NCBI GenBank assembly: GCA_044350705.1 | Contig: JBILHA010000001.1 | Span: 355,431-419,430 of the forward strand | Direction: 5' to 3' | Length of the DNA: 64,000 nucleotides | Source: Candidatus Kapaibacterium sp. | GTDB taxonomy: Bacteria; Patescibacteriota; Patescibacteriia; UBA9934 | Shown: one piece after another, positions 36,062 to 46,139 of the stretch | How the letters are laid out: the number at the start of each line of letters is the position of its first letter | Numbering within the stretch: the first letter of the stretch is position 1 | Notes under the pieces: model-generated | Databases searched by the model: none | What the model was told of the DNA's origin: nothing | The model's input: the letters and a program-made list of their open reading frames with translations, nothing else | Program-made: the position numbers and the translations under genes

Positions 36062-36144
36062 ATGGCTAAAGTATAGCAAAAGAGAGACTTGCTGAGTACG
36101 CGACTTATCCCGTATGCTAGTGCCGTAGAATATAATTTCTTTTT

Positions 36145-36732
36145 ATGGCAAATCTCGATATTCCATCGCAAAAGTACATGCCTAACTTGCTCCACCTTCT
36201 TTCCCCTTGGGCAAATGAAGAAAAGCGTATTTTGAACGGACTTGTGGAAATTAATGCACGGAGCATTAACAAGTACGAATTTATTACCGAAACAGGTCAT
36301 TTGAAACTTGATCGCGTAGGATACTCTTCGTTGGCATACCCTGTTGCATACGGACTCATTCCGCAAACGTGGGATCAAGATAACGACATGCTCGACTTCG
36401 TGATTGCAGGTGTTACTGAGCCGCTTGTTCCTGGATCACTCGCTGAACTTCGTGTGATTGGTATTATCAAGTTTGAAGATGGGGGAGAGATTGATGATAA
36501 GGTTATCTGTGTGCTTGCGGATGATAAGCGCGTTGATCACATTACTTCGTACAAAGATCTTGGTCCGCACTGGGAGAAGGAAGTTGGTCACTACTTCGAG
36601 TTCTACAAGCATGTGAAGAAGCCAGGAACATGTAAGGTGCTTGGTTTCTTCGAAGCTGACGAAGCGGTGAAGACTATTCATGAGTGCATGGAACGATACC
36701 AGGCGGAAATTTTGCCACGCCTACAAGCGTAA
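36145..36732 (+). CDS. ppa: Inorganic pyrophosphatase (family I)
   Basis: VEI, NKYE, LDRV, YGLIPQT, DNDMLD, DDKV. Confidence 0.93.
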   Translation: MANLDIPSQKYMPNLLHLLSPWANEEKRILNGLVEINARSINKYEFITETGHLKLDRVGYSSLAYPVAYGLIPQTWDQDNDMLDFVIAGVTEPLVPGSLAELRVIGIIKFEDGGEIDDKVICVLADDKRVDHITSYKDLGPHWEKEVGHYFEFYKHVKKPGTCKVLGFFEADEAVKTIHECMERYQAEILPRLQA

Positions 36733-36736
36733 GAAA

Positions 36737-36764
36737 AAAACCGAGCCACGGAGGGCTCGGTTTT
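36737..36764. terminator. Bidirectional terminator
   Basis: AAAACCGAGCC...GGCTCGGTTTT between convergent genes. Confidence 0.7.
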
Positions 36765-37077
36765 AGTTTTGTATCTCTGAAGATGGGGGAGAAGGGTATT
36801 TTTCGAGAAGCATTTTGATTTCCTCGAAAGCGGTTTTTAATTCTGACATTTGCATTTCGTTTACTCTTTTCAGGAGCTCCAGACTATATGCCTGCGGCGT
36901 ATTTTCGGTTACGTTTTTAAAGATCCTAATATTTTTAAGAGCTTCTCTGAGTTGAGGATTTGATGATTGCAAGAGACGCTGTTGCAGTTCTAGGCCAACT
37001 CTTCTCAGGAGTTGTTTTTCGCTTTCATTTCCTGTTTGTGGTACGGGTACTCGTTCTCTGCTTCCAAAGGTATTCAT
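36763..37077 (-). CDS. Hypothetical protein
   Basis: 104-aa ORF downstream of clpB; TATG start; terminator follows. Confidence 0.6.
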   Translation of the reverse strand: MNTFGSRERVPVPQTGNESEKQLLRRVGLELQQRLLQSSNPQLREALKNIRIFKNVTENTPQAYSLELLKRVNEMQMSELKTAFEEIKMLLEKYPSPPSSEIQN

Positions 37078-37129
37078 ATCCCGTATCTTACCTTGCTTCT
37101 TTTCGTTTTTTCCATCCTGGTGTGCATAT

Positions 37130-39769
37130 CTATCCCTTGCTTTGTTTTACTTTGATAACAATTTCTTGTTCTTTTGCATCGAGGGTTACGGTTGCGTGTT
37201 CGGTGATATCACCCTTGATGATGCGCAGTGCAAGAGGGTCAAGGATCAGGTGTTGGATTACGCGTTTGAGCGGGCGTGCGCCGTAGTGCGGATCAAAGCC
37301 TTTTTCTGCAAGCAGTTTTTTTGCTTTCTCGGTAGTTTTTATGGTTATGCCACGGTTTTCTTTCAGGCGTTTACTGACCAGTTCAAGTTGTAGATCTACA
37401 ATGTGCGTAATTTGCTCTGCGCTCAGTGGATGGAAGACGATCATGTCGTCTACGCGATTGAGGAACTCGGGCCTGAAGTGTTCTTTGAGGAGGCTGAGGA
37501 CTCGTTCTCGCGTTGCATCTTCTTGGGCAGTGTCGTCGGTAAATCCGATACTTAGTGATTTTCCTCCTGCAAGAATGGTGTCGCTTCCGATGTTTGAGGT
37601 CATGATAATGATTGTATTCTTGAAGTTGACGGTGCGACCCTTTGCATCAGTAAGGCGCCCATCGTCGAGGATTTGCAGGAGGGTATTGAACACGTCGGGA
37701 TGCGCTTTTTCGATCTCATCAAAGAGGAGTACGGCATACGGGCGTCGACGGACGATTTCGGTGAGTTGTCCGCCCTCGTCATAGCCGATGTAGCCTGGGG
37801 GAGATCCAACCATGCGTGAGACGCTGTGTTTCTCCATGTACTCACTCATGTCCAGACGAATGAGGGCTTTCTCGTCGTTGAACATGAATGTTGCCAGTGC
37901 TTTTGCGAGTTCGGTTTTCCCTACGCCTGTAGGGCCCAGGAAGATGAACGAACCAATAGGGCGATTCTCCTCGGAAATTCCCGCACGAGATCGGCGAAGC
38001 GCATTCGAAACTGCGGTAATCGCTTCGTCTTGTCCAACAACGCGTTTCTTTAGTTCATCTTCCATGCGTGCAAGTTTCGTCATTTCGCTTTCAAGCATTT
38101 TTGAGACGGGAATGTGTGTCCATCGGGCAACGACCATGGCGATATCTTCCTCAGTGATTACTTCTTTGAGTAGGCCGCGTTCTGCCTGAAATTTTCGGAG
38201 ATCATCTTCGAGCGCGATCAGATGGCGGCGCTTTTCGGGGATCTGTGCGTAGCGGATTTCCGCAACGCGCTCAAGGTTTCCTCTCCGCTCCTCGTATTCT
38301 GCTTCATTGGTCAGTTTTTCGACATCACCTTTTGTTTTTCTAATGTCTCCAATAATGCTTTTCTCGCTTTGCCAACGAGCTTCGAGATCGCGGGTTTTTT
38401 CGGAAAGATCGGCAAGATTTTTTTCGATGTCTTTTAAGCGTGTTTGCGATTCGTTGTCTTCTTCTTTGATGAGCGCACGCTTTTCGATTTGGAGACGTGT
38501 TTCTTCGCGCTTGAGGCGATCAAGTTCTTCTGGCATGGAGTCGATCTGTAGACGGAGTGCTGATGCGGCTTCGTCAATAAGGTCTACGGCTTTGTCAGGG
38601 AGCTGACGATCGGAGATGTAGCGAGAGGAGAGTTCAACTGCAGCAACAATGGCGCTGTCGGAAATGCGAACGCCGTGATGAATTTCGTAGCGCTCTTTCG
38701 TGCCACGGAGCATTGCAATAGCGTCGGCTTGATCCGGTTCTGCGACGAAGATCGGTTGGAAACGACGTTCAAGCGCTTGGTCTTTCTCAATATGCTTTTG
38801 ATACTCCTTCGTGGTTGTTGCACCAATAACGCGGAGTTCCCCGCGGGCAAGCGCAGGCTTCAGGAGGTTGCTGGCGTCCATGGGAGAGTCATCACCCTTT
38901 CCTGCACCCACGAGCATGTGGAGCTCGTCAATGAAAAGAATATATTTTCCTTCCGCTTCACGTACTTCTTTCATGAGTGCTTTGAGGCGTTCTTCAAATT
39001 CGCCGCGGAATTTTGTCCCTGCAATAAGAGATCCTAAATCCAGCGCAACAAGTTCGCGGTTTTGGAGGGTCTCGGGGACATCTGCGGCAATAATGCGTTG
39101 CGCAAGGCCTTCCACGATGGAGGTCTTTCCTACGCCGGCTTCTCCGATCAGGACAGGATTATTTTTTGTGCGGCGAGAAAGAACCTGCATGACGCGGCGA
39201 ATTTCTTCATCTCGACCAATGGTAGGATCTAATTTTCCATGTCGGGCGCGTTCGGTAAGGTTGGTGCAATATTTTTCTATTGCTTGATATTTTGCTTCTG
39301 GCTCGGGGGAGTCTACTTTTTGGGCGCCTCGGAGATTTTTGAGAGCTCCTAAAATAGTTTCGTCTTCAATGTCGTATTGCTTGAGGAGCTCTCCGGTGAG
39401 TTTATCTTGGAGCAAACCCAGAAAGAGGTGTTCTGTACTAATGTATTCGTCTCCGAACTGTTTTGCGCGTTCTGAGGCGTTTTGGAGTACGCTCGCCATG
39501 GAAGGCGCGAGCATAATTTGACCCACGGTCCCTCGTTCGACGTGGGCATGGCGGGGGAGCGTCTCGATAATGCGTTCAACGTCACTTCTGAGTGCACTGA
39601 GGGGTACCTCAATTTTTTTAAGGACGGTGACTACGAAGCCTTCCTCTTGAGAGAGGAGCGAGGAGAGGAGATGGATCGGTTCAACGCCATGTTGGCCATT
39701 GTCATTTGCAATGTACTGGGCGCGCTGGATTGCCTCTTGGGATTTGGAAGTGAAGTTATTGGGAATCAT
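37130..39769 (-). CDS. clpB: ATP-dependent chaperone ClpB
   Basis: Clp N domain, GEAGVGKT and GPTGVGKT, long middle coiled coil, RLDMSEY, GARPL. Confidence 0.96.
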   Translation of the reverse strand: MIPNNFTSKSQEAIQRAQYIANDNGQHGVEPIHLLSSLLSQEEGFVVTVLKKIEVPLSALRSDVERIIETLPRHAHVERGTVGQIMLAPSMASVLQNASERAKQFGDEYISTEHLFLGLLQDKLTGELLKQYDIEDETILGALKNLRGAQKVDSPEPEAKYQAIEKYCTNLTERARHGKLDPTIGRDEEIRRVMQVLSRRTKNNPVLIGEAGVGKTSIVEGLAQRIIAADVPETLQNRELVALDLGSLIAGTKFRGEFEERLKALMKEVREAEGKYILFIDELHMLVGAGKGDDSPMDASNLLKPALARGELRVIGATTTKEYQKHIEKDQALERRFQPIFVAEPDQADAIAMLRGTKERYEIHHGVRISDSAIVAAVELSSRYISDRQLPDKAVDLIDEAASALRLQIDSMPEELDRLKREETRLQIEKRALIKEEDNESQTRLKDIEKNLADLSEKTRDLEARWQSEKSIIGDIRKTKGDVEKLTNEAEYEERRGNLERVAEIRYAQIPEKRRHLIALEDDLRKFQAERGLLKEVITEEDIAMVVARWTHIPVSKMLESEMTKLARMEDELKKRVVGQDEAITAVSNALRRSRAGISEENRPIGSFIFLGPTGVGKTELAKALATFMFNDEKALIRLDMSEYMEKHSVSRMVGSPPGYIGYDEGGQLTEIVRRRPYAVLLFDEIEKAHPDVFNTLLQILDDGRLTDAKGRTVNFKNTIIIMTSNIGSDTILAGGKSLSIGFTDDTAQEDATRERVLSLLKEHFRPEFLNRVDDMIVFHPLSAEQITHIVDLQLELVSKRLKENRGITIKTTEKAKKLLAEKGFDPHYGARPLKRVIQHLILDPLALRIIKGDITEHATVTLDAKEQEIVIKVKQSKG

Positions 39770-39832
39770 AGAGAGAAAGGGATATGCGTGGGAACGTAGG
39801 GAGTAAGGGGAATGAGGTGCAGCATCGGCTGA

Positions 39833-39872
39833 TTAGCACTCTTTATTATAGAGTGCTAATTTAGCTTGTCAA
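39833..39872 (-). promoter_or_regulatory. CIRCE operator overlapping the clpB sigma70 promoter
   Basis: TTAGCACTC-N9-GAGTGCTAA at 39833-39859; minus-strand TTGACA-16-TATAAT at 39872-39845. Confidence 0.93.
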
Positions 39873-39928
39873 AGGGCTTCTTTTCCTCGCTTGTGAACAA
39901 AGTTATTTTACGCTAATATTCGCTCTGT

Positions 39929-40357
39929 ATGTTTCGGTATCTCCTTGCAGTGGGGACAATTCTCTTGGTTGCTATGTTGCATATCCCCGCAACGGTCTTT
40001 GATTGGTATTTTTATTTCTGGTGGTACGACGTCATGATGCACTTTTTAGGAGGTGTCGCTGCAGGATTTGGGGGAGTGGCACTTTGGTTTACGCTTTTCC
40101 CCGATCTCTCTGTGCGTACGCGAGAAATTCTCGGCCAAGCGCTCTTTGTTTTGGGATTTGTCGCGATCGTCGGCATTGGATGGGAATGGTCTGAAGCAAT
40201 TATTGGTTCTTTAGAGGTTTCTTCTCTTGGCATGATGCAGCCAGGTTTGACGGACACCATGCTTGATTTTTATTTCGATCTGCTTGGAGGCGCAGTCGCT
40301 TGGCTTCTTGCGCAGCTCCTCCTTCTTGAAAGCAAGATGCGTTCTCGCTCAATGTAA
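39929..40357 (+). CDS. Membrane protein (YjdF/DUF2238-like)
   Basis: WYDVMMHFLGG, WEWSE, DTMLDFYFDLLG. Confidence 0.65.
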   Translation: MFRYLLAVGTILLVAMLHIPATVFDWYFYFWWYDVMMHFLGGVAAGFGGVALWFTLFPDLSVRTREILGQALFVLGFVAIVGIGWEWSEAIIGSLEVSSLGMMQPGLTDTMLDFYFDLLGGAVAWLLAQLLLLESKMRSRSM

Positions 40358-40362
40358 AATGT

Positions 40363-41184
40363 ATGCAGGTTTCGTATCCACTGTTTACCGTTCCGCTGCA
40401 TTCCTTTTCCGCTGAGGAGTACCGGGCATTTCTTTATAAGGCTGTAGATCAATCTTCGGTAACTACTATTCATACAGTAAATCCCGAGATGCTGGTTGAC
40501 GCGCGTTTACATTCGGCCTTTGCCAAGATTCTTGCACAGGCGACGGCGTGTGTTCCTGATGGGGTAGGTATTCGCTATGCGTGCCTTGCACTTTATGGAG
40601 AAGTGATCGGCGTGCATCCAGGGGTTGATACGGTTTTTGATCTTGTAGACATCGCCCATGAAAAGCGATTGCGCATTGCGGTTTGTGGCGCTCGTGCTCA
40701 GGAGCATGAAGCATTTCGCACGTTGTTCGTCAGACGTGCTCCTGCGGCTGATTTGCTTTGCGTTGATCCGGGTATTATCGATGAGCGTGATCCCCACGTT
40801 CCTTTACCTGTTGTAGAGAAGCTTGTTTCTTTTGAGCCGCATATTGTGCTGGTTGCGCTTGGGCAGGGAAAGGGCATACGACAGGGAAAGCAAGAGCGCG
40901 TGGTGCAGGACCTTGCACCAAAAATTCCTTCCGCAAAAATCGTTATCGGCGTAGGGGGAGCGCTCGACATGTTGGGAGGTACGGTAGAGCGTGCTCCTTC
41001 CTGGATGCGATCGCGCAATCTGGAATGGTTGTATCGTTTTGTTATGCAGCCATGGAGGTTTAAGAGAATCGCAAAAGCGTTTCCCGTTTTCCCTGCGTTT
41101 ATCGTTTGGGAGACTTTTAAGAAACGGGTATTTTGGAAGGCGACTCTCCGTGTTCTGTCCCAGGTGTACAAAGATCTTCGTTAA
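40363..41184 (+). CDS. WecB/TagA/CpsF glycosyltransferase
   Basis: TVNPEM, PDGVGI, KQE, GVGGALD, RAP, LEWLYR. Confidence 0.9.
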   Translation: MQVSYPLFTVPLHSFSAEEYRAFLYKAVDQSSVTTIHTVNPEMLVDARLHSAFAKILAQATACVPDGVGIRYACLALYGEVIGVHPGVDTVFDLVDIAHEKRLRIAVCGARAQEHEAFRTLFVRRAPAADLLCVDPGIIDERDPHVPLPVVEKLVSFEPHIVLVALGQGKGIRQGKQERVVQDLAPKIPSAKIVIGVGGALDMLGGTVERAPSWMRSRNLEWLYRFVMQPWRFKRIAKAFPVFPAFIVWETFKKRVFWKATLRVLSQVYKDLR

Positions 41185-41206
41185 ATGGTATTTTACAGAA
41201 AATTTT

Positions 41207-42670
41207 ATGGATATTCGCACACGAATTGCCCCTTCTCCAACGGGATTTATGCATATTGGTACGCTTCGTACCATTTTGTGGGACTATTTTATGGCCCGTC
41301 AGGCAGGCGGCTCATTTATCATCCGCATTGAGGACACCGATCAAGAGCGGTATGTACCGGGGTCTGTTGAAGGATTGCTCCAGGCTCTTACGCGCGTTGG
41401 AATTGACTGGGACGAGGGGCCGGTGCTTCTTCCTGATGGAAGTTTGGGAGAGAGGGGGGCTCTCGGTCCTTACACCCAGACCAAGCGTCTCGATATTTAC
41501 GCAAAGTACGCCCAAGACCTTTTGTCTGCTGGGCATGCATACCACTGTTTTTGCTCTCCTGAACGTCTTGAAGAAATGCGCGCGGAACAAATGGCGCTCA
41601 AGCAGACGCCCAAGTATGACCGTAAATGCCTTTCGCTGAACATTGATGAAGTTGTCGCTCGACAAGCCGGGGGAGAGAAGTCAGTTATCCGCATGAAAAT
41701 GCCCGAGGGAGAAGTAACATTTGACGACGCAATACGTGGACGCATTTCTTTTGATCTGAAAGACGTTGATGACCAAGTTATCGTAAAGAGCAATGGTATT
41801 CCTACCTACCACCTTGCGGTGGTCGTTGATGATTACCTCATGAAGATTTCACATGTGCTTCGTGGGGAGGAATGGCTTTCTTCTACGCCTAAGCAAATTG
41901 TGCTGCATCACATGCTCGGTATTCCGATGCCGGTGTATGCGCACGTACCTCTTATCCTTAATCCAGATAAGACCAAGCTTTCAAAACGCAAGGGCGATGT
42001 TTCTGTAACGAGCTATTTGGAAAAGGGATATCTTCCTTCGGCTCTTCTTAACTTCCTTGCTACGCTTGGTTTTAATCCTTCCGCCTCTCAGGAGATCTTT
42101 ACTCTTGACGAGCTTATCAAGGCATTTGATATCTCGCGCGTCAATAAAAGCGGCGCGGTCATGAATATTGAGAAGCTCGACTGGATGAATAAGCAGTATC
42201 TCGTAGCCATGGGGGAGGGGGAGTATCTCGCGTATGCTCAGCAGTTTACCTCTGCTGATTTATCAGATCCTTTCATGCGCCGTGCAGCCTTGGTCGATAA
42301 GATGCGTGTCAGTCGGTTGACTGAATTAGCAAACATCCAGGAACAGTATTTTACGACGCAACAAATTAACCAAGAAGACCTTTTGGGAAAGAAGGGAAGC
42401 GCTAATACTGTAAAGGATGCACTCGAACGCATGGAAAAGCTTGTCACGTCTTTGCGTGATGAAACATTATCCGCACCTCAGCTTATCGAGGGTGAAATAA
42501 AGACGTATATTACCAATGAGGGTCTGCAGACGGGGTTGGTGCTTTGGCCGCTTCGTGTAGCACTATCCACACGTCTTCAATCTGCAAGTCCATTTGAGTA
42601 TCTGTATATTCTCCAGAAGGATGAATCACTCAAGCGTATCCGTGCCGCGCTCACTCTTTTTGGAGCTTAA
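41207..42670 (+). CDS. gltX: Glutamate--tRNA ligase
   Basis: RIAPSPTG.MHIG, RIEDTD, RGEEW, KLSKR. Confidence 0.97.
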   Translation: MDIRTRIAPSPTGFMHIGTLRTILWDYFMARQAGGSFIIRIEDTDQERYVPGSVEGLLQALTRVGIDWDEGPVLLPDGSLGERGALGPYTQTKRLDIYAKYAQDLLSAGHAYHCFCSPERLEEMRAEQMALKQTPKYDRKCLSLNIDEVVARQAGGEKSVIRMKMPEGEVTFDDAIRGRISFDLKDVDDQVIVKSNGIPTYHLAVVVDDYLMKISHVLRGEEWLSSTPKQIVLHHMLGIPMPVYAHVPLILNPDKTKLSKRKGDVSVTSYLEKGYLPSALLNFLATLGFNPSASQEIFTLDELIKAFDISRVNKSGAVMNIEKLDWMNKQYLVAMGEGEYLAYAQQFTSADLSDPFMRRAALVDKMRVSRLTELANIQEQYFTTQQINQEDLLGKKGSANTVKDALERMEKLVTSLRDETLSAPQLIEGEIKTYITNEGLQTGLVLWPLRVALSTRLQSASPFEYLYILQKDESLKRIRAALTLFGA

Positions 42671-42673
42671 ACT

Positions 42674-43873
42674 ATGAAACTTTGGAGGAAAGTAAGTTTA
42701 TTGGCGCTCATGCCACTTTTGGTACTCAGTATCCCTCAGGTGCTTGTTGCTGCCACGGAAGAGGTAAAAGAACTCCAGGCTGAGATCCAAAACAAAAAAG
42801 CACAGGTAGAGAGCATGAGTAAGCAGCTTGACGAGTACCGTTCACGTATCGCGGAATATCAGAAGAAGGCCGTTTCCCTTGCTGGAGACGTTGCCCTTCT
42901 TGAGAATGAGCAAGCGCTTGCGGAGCTTGATATTGCGGCAACACAAACCGAGCTTGAAGCCGAAGAACTAGAGATTCGTCTTCTCCAAGAGCAAATGATG
43001 AACACTGATGCTGAACTCGCAACCCAGCAAGCCCTTTTAGAAGATGTGCTCTTTGCGCTGCACAAACAGGATATGCGCGGAGGTCCTCTTGAGGTAGTTA
43101 TCGGTGCGAATGATTTTGGGGATGTATTTCGTGCCGCTTCTCAGCTTGCAGACATGAATACTGATCTGCAAAAGGCGCTTGCGGCCACTCAAGAAACTCG
43201 CAATACCCTTGATGAGCAAGAGGCTAAGCGTGAGGCGAAAATGGCCATGCTTGTTGAATTAGCACAACAACTCCGGAAGAAGTCAGAAGCTCTTGAGGCT
43301 ACAAAGAATGCGAAGGTTGTGCTCATGAGCCAGACACAAGAGTCAGAGAATGAGTACCGCGCCCTCATAGGGAAGTTAAGGCAAGAGCAGCAGGCAGTTT
43401 CTTCACGTATTGATGAGTTGCAAAGTGAAGTAGAGCAAAGGCTTGCAGCGGAGACTGGAGAAGTTTCTGCGGTGACTGCCATTACTTGGCCTTTATCCGG
43501 TCGCATCACCGCAACATTTCACGACCCTACATATCCCTTCCGCAATCTTTTTGAACACTCCGGTCTCGATATCGCAGTAGCCCAGGGGACTGCTGTTGAA
43601 GCCGCGGCACCGGGAATTGTAGCTTGGGCGCGTACAGGTGTGCAGTATGGTAATTATGTGATGATCATCCACGCTAATGGTTTGGCAACATTATACGCTC
43701 ACATGTCACGACTGGACGTTGTGCAGGATCAGTATGTTTCCCAAGGAGAAGTTATTGGTCTTTCTGGAGGGCGTGCAGGATCGCCAGGTGCGGGGTTTTC
43801 TACGGGGCCCCATTTGCACTTTGAAGTACGCGAGGATGGTATTCCTGTAGATCCATATCGTTACCTCCCATAA
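42674..43873 (+). CDS. Coiled-coil M23 peptidoglycan DD-endopeptidase
   Basis: Signal peptide, long coiled coil, HSGLD, YAHM, GPHLHFEVR. Confidence 0.9.
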   Translation: MKLWRKVSLLALMPLLVLSIPQVLVAATEEVKELQAEIQNKKAQVESMSKQLDEYRSRIAEYQKKAVSLAGDVALLENEQALAELDIAATQTELEAEELEIRLLQEQMMNTDAELATQQALLEDVLFALHKQDMRGGPLEVVIGANDFGDVFRAASQLADMNTDLQKALAATQETRNTLDEQEAKREAKMAMLVELAQQLRKKSEALEATKNAKVVLMSQTQESENEYRALIGKLRQEQQAVSSRIDELQSEVEQRLAAETGEVSAVTAITWPLSGRITATFHDPTYPFRNLFEHSGLDIAVAQGTAVEAAAPGIVAWARTGVQYGNYVMIIHANGLATLYAHMSRLDVVQDQYVSQGEVIGLSGGRAGSPGAGFSTGPHLHFEVREDGIPVDPYRYLP

Positions 43874-43910
43874 AATGTGAGGCCCCGTAGTGAGGCCTCA
43901 CATTTTATTT
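43871..43910 (+). terminator. Intrinsic terminator
   Basis: TAAAATGTGAGGCC...GGCCTCACATTTTA. Confidence 0.75.
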
Positions 43911-44247
43911 TGTAAATAGAGCTAATCCCTATAGGACCCCTAAATCAACCCAGGCCATTTAAATGCGTTGTCCAAATGGAGCCTTCTGAAGCCTCACGAT
44001 GAACATCTTGGAATTGATGTTGCGCCAAGTATCTTGTAACGGCTTGGCATGTCTTGGTGACAAACCCCATTTGCTAGGTGAGAGTACCCGTTGATCCTGC
44101 TAACTATCTTAGGTAGAAAACTGGCTATGGTTCGTAAATGATATATTGTACGACTCAACCGAATACACAACATCATAAACAGAAAACACCCAAAGGATGC
44201 CCCTCAGGTGTTTCCCTACTCTACCCGTGGAGATTACCATCTGGGCA

Positions 44248-44757
44248 TTATTTTTGAGCGGTACCTTGATAAGTGCCCGTGCAGTATTCTTCCTCTTGCA
44301 CATCAAGCACGCACGTAAATGGCACCGTATTCTCACCAAGCTTGGGAAGCGCAGTGCAGGTCACCTTCCCTTCTGGAGTTTCGATTCCAGAAACGCGTGA
44401 CTCACTGGTGAAGAACATTCCGAGTGAAAGGTCACGCTGTTCGTCCGCTGATGCGACGTAATAACCTTTCACATCATCAAAGTAAAACGTGAAGGTTTCT
44501 AGACCCTTCTCGACGCACGTTCCTTCGCCATTTGAAAAGGTATAGAGCGTATATCCATTTTCTTGCCCTGGAACGCTTGGTGTTTTCTTGGTGTACCAAA
44601 TGGTATTTTCGAGCTCCGCAAGAGGAACCGGTTTGCTTTGCGCTTTTTGGCCCACTGAGGCACTTTCTTCTGGTTCATTTTCTTGTGACGTACAACCTGC
44701 ACCAACAAGACTGAAGGTGCTTACTGCAAGAAGTGCAGCGAAGATTTTTTTATACAT
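44248..44757 (-). CDS. Hypothetical lipoprotein
   Basis: LVGAGC lipobox. Confidence 0.7.
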   Translation of the reverse strand: MYKKIFAALLAVSTFSLVGAGCTSQENEPEESASVGQKAQSKPVPLAELENTIWYTKKTPSVPGQENGYTLYTFSNGEGTCVEKGLETFTFYFDDVKGYYVASADEQRDLSLGMFFTSESRVSGIETPEGKVTCTALPKLGENTVPFTCVLDVQEEEYCTGTYQGTAQK

Positions 44758-44769
44758 AAGGCCCTTGCA

Positions 44770-45249
44770 TTATAGTGCGAGCGCTTCAAGATCTCGAATG
44801 ATTTCATCCACATGCCCTGCGGGCTTTACGTTCTCATATACCTTCACAACATATCCTTTTGGATCAATGAGATACGTATTTCGGAGGATGCCTACATATT
44901 CACGTCCCATGAATTTCTTTTTTCCTAGAGCGCCGTATGCCTCACAGATCTTTTTCTCTTCATCAGCAAGAAGTGGAAAAGTAAGGCTTTCATTTTCAGC
45001 GAATTTTGCATGACGCTTTACTGAATCTGCGGATACCCCTAAGACCACCGCTCCCTTCGCGGTTATGCGATGGAGATTGTCTCGGAAGCTACATGCTTCA
45101 ATGGTGCAACCGGGGGTCATATCTTTAGGATAGAAATAGAGCACCACCCATTTACCAAGATAGTCGGTTAGGTTATGTGTTTTGTTATTTTGATCTTGCG
45201 TCGTAAAATGTGGTGCTGGTTTCTGTACTAAATCCTGTGCTGTAGACAT
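44770..45249 (-). CDS. bcp: Peroxiredoxin BCP
   Basis: YFYPKDMTPGCTIEACSFRD. Confidence 0.95.
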   Translation of the reverse strand: MSTAQDLVQKPAPHFTTQDQNNKTHNLTDYLGKWVVLYFYPKDMTPGCTIEACSFRDNLHRITAKGAVVLGVSADSVKRHAKFAENESLTFPLLADEEKKICEAYGALGKKKFMGREYVGILRNTYLIDPKGYVVKVYENVKPAGHVDEIIRDLEALAL

Positions 45250-45257
45250 AGAAAAGG

Positions 45258-46115
45258 TTATTTCAGATAAATACGCTCGCCGAACCTGATATCAACATAC
45301 GACTGTGGGGTTGCCTCTGCAAGTACTTTTACCAATCTCCGTATTTGCACCCCAGGGTCTTCCCAGGGTGTGAAGAAAACGTCATACCCCCCCAGTGTCC
45401 TCGCCTCGATGCGTCCCCGGTCCTTCGTTACCGTAAACCGTTCAATACCAATGCCATTCATACTCAATGCCTTCCTGTACGCGGCGATATTTTCAAAAAG
45501 ATCCTTACTTTCTACCTGCATCCCTACCTCACCTGCAGCATGCAGTTGGCTCACGTCAATTTCACTATAGGACTCCGGAGGAATGATAATTCCCGCCTGA
45601 ATCTCTTCTGACGTTGCCACTGCCTGCAAAACACCGGTCTGCGTTGCAAACCATATGTCATGGCCAATGCGCACCGGAATCATGGTTACCGCCTCGCGCA
45701 CTTGTACATGCAGTTTTTTTCCCTCAAGGGTAAGGGAAACTTCTTCCAGCGGATATTTTTCTTGCAATACGGATACAATCTCCGCATGACCCATATTCCA
45801 AGTATAGAGACAGTCCACGGTAAATGCAGAGCACTCTTTGAGGCTATGCAGAATATCCCGCTCAAGATAGGCATTCGCAAGTGATCGCATGCCACTGACC
45901 TCAACTTCATGAATAGCAAAACGCTCCTGAGTGCCAAACCAGAACAGTGTTGAAAAGAATGTCACCCCTGAAACCACCGCGAGCGCAGTATAAAGTGCAT
46001 ATTTTGAACGCTCGAAGGCGCGCTCCTTAACTTTTGGATCAGCAAAGAGCGGGTTCGTCCATGAACCTGCGTACATTTTTGCATGAAGGCGTTGGAGAAA
46101 CGATTTGCTCGCCAT
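45258..46115 (-). CDS. FtsQ/DivIB-like protein
   Basis: Single TM, POTRA-like IHEVEVSG, C-terminal YVDIRFGERIYLK. Confidence 0.7.
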   Translation of the reverse strand: MASKSFLQRLHAKMYAGSWTNPLFADPKVKERAFERSKYALYTALAVVSGVTFFSTLFWFGTQERFAIHEVEVSGMRSLANAYLERDILHSLKECSAFTVDCLYTWNMGHAEIVSVLQEKYPLEEVSLTLEGKKLHVQVREAVTMIPVRIGHDIWFATQTGVLQAVATSEEIQAGIIIPPESYSEIDVSQLHAAGEVGMQVESKDLFENIAAYRKALSMNGIGIERFTVTKDRGRIEARTLGGYDVFFTPWEDPGVQIRRLVKVLAEATPQSYVDIRFGERIYLK

Positions 46116-46139
46116 GTGCGTAGTATACCGTGAAGAGGC

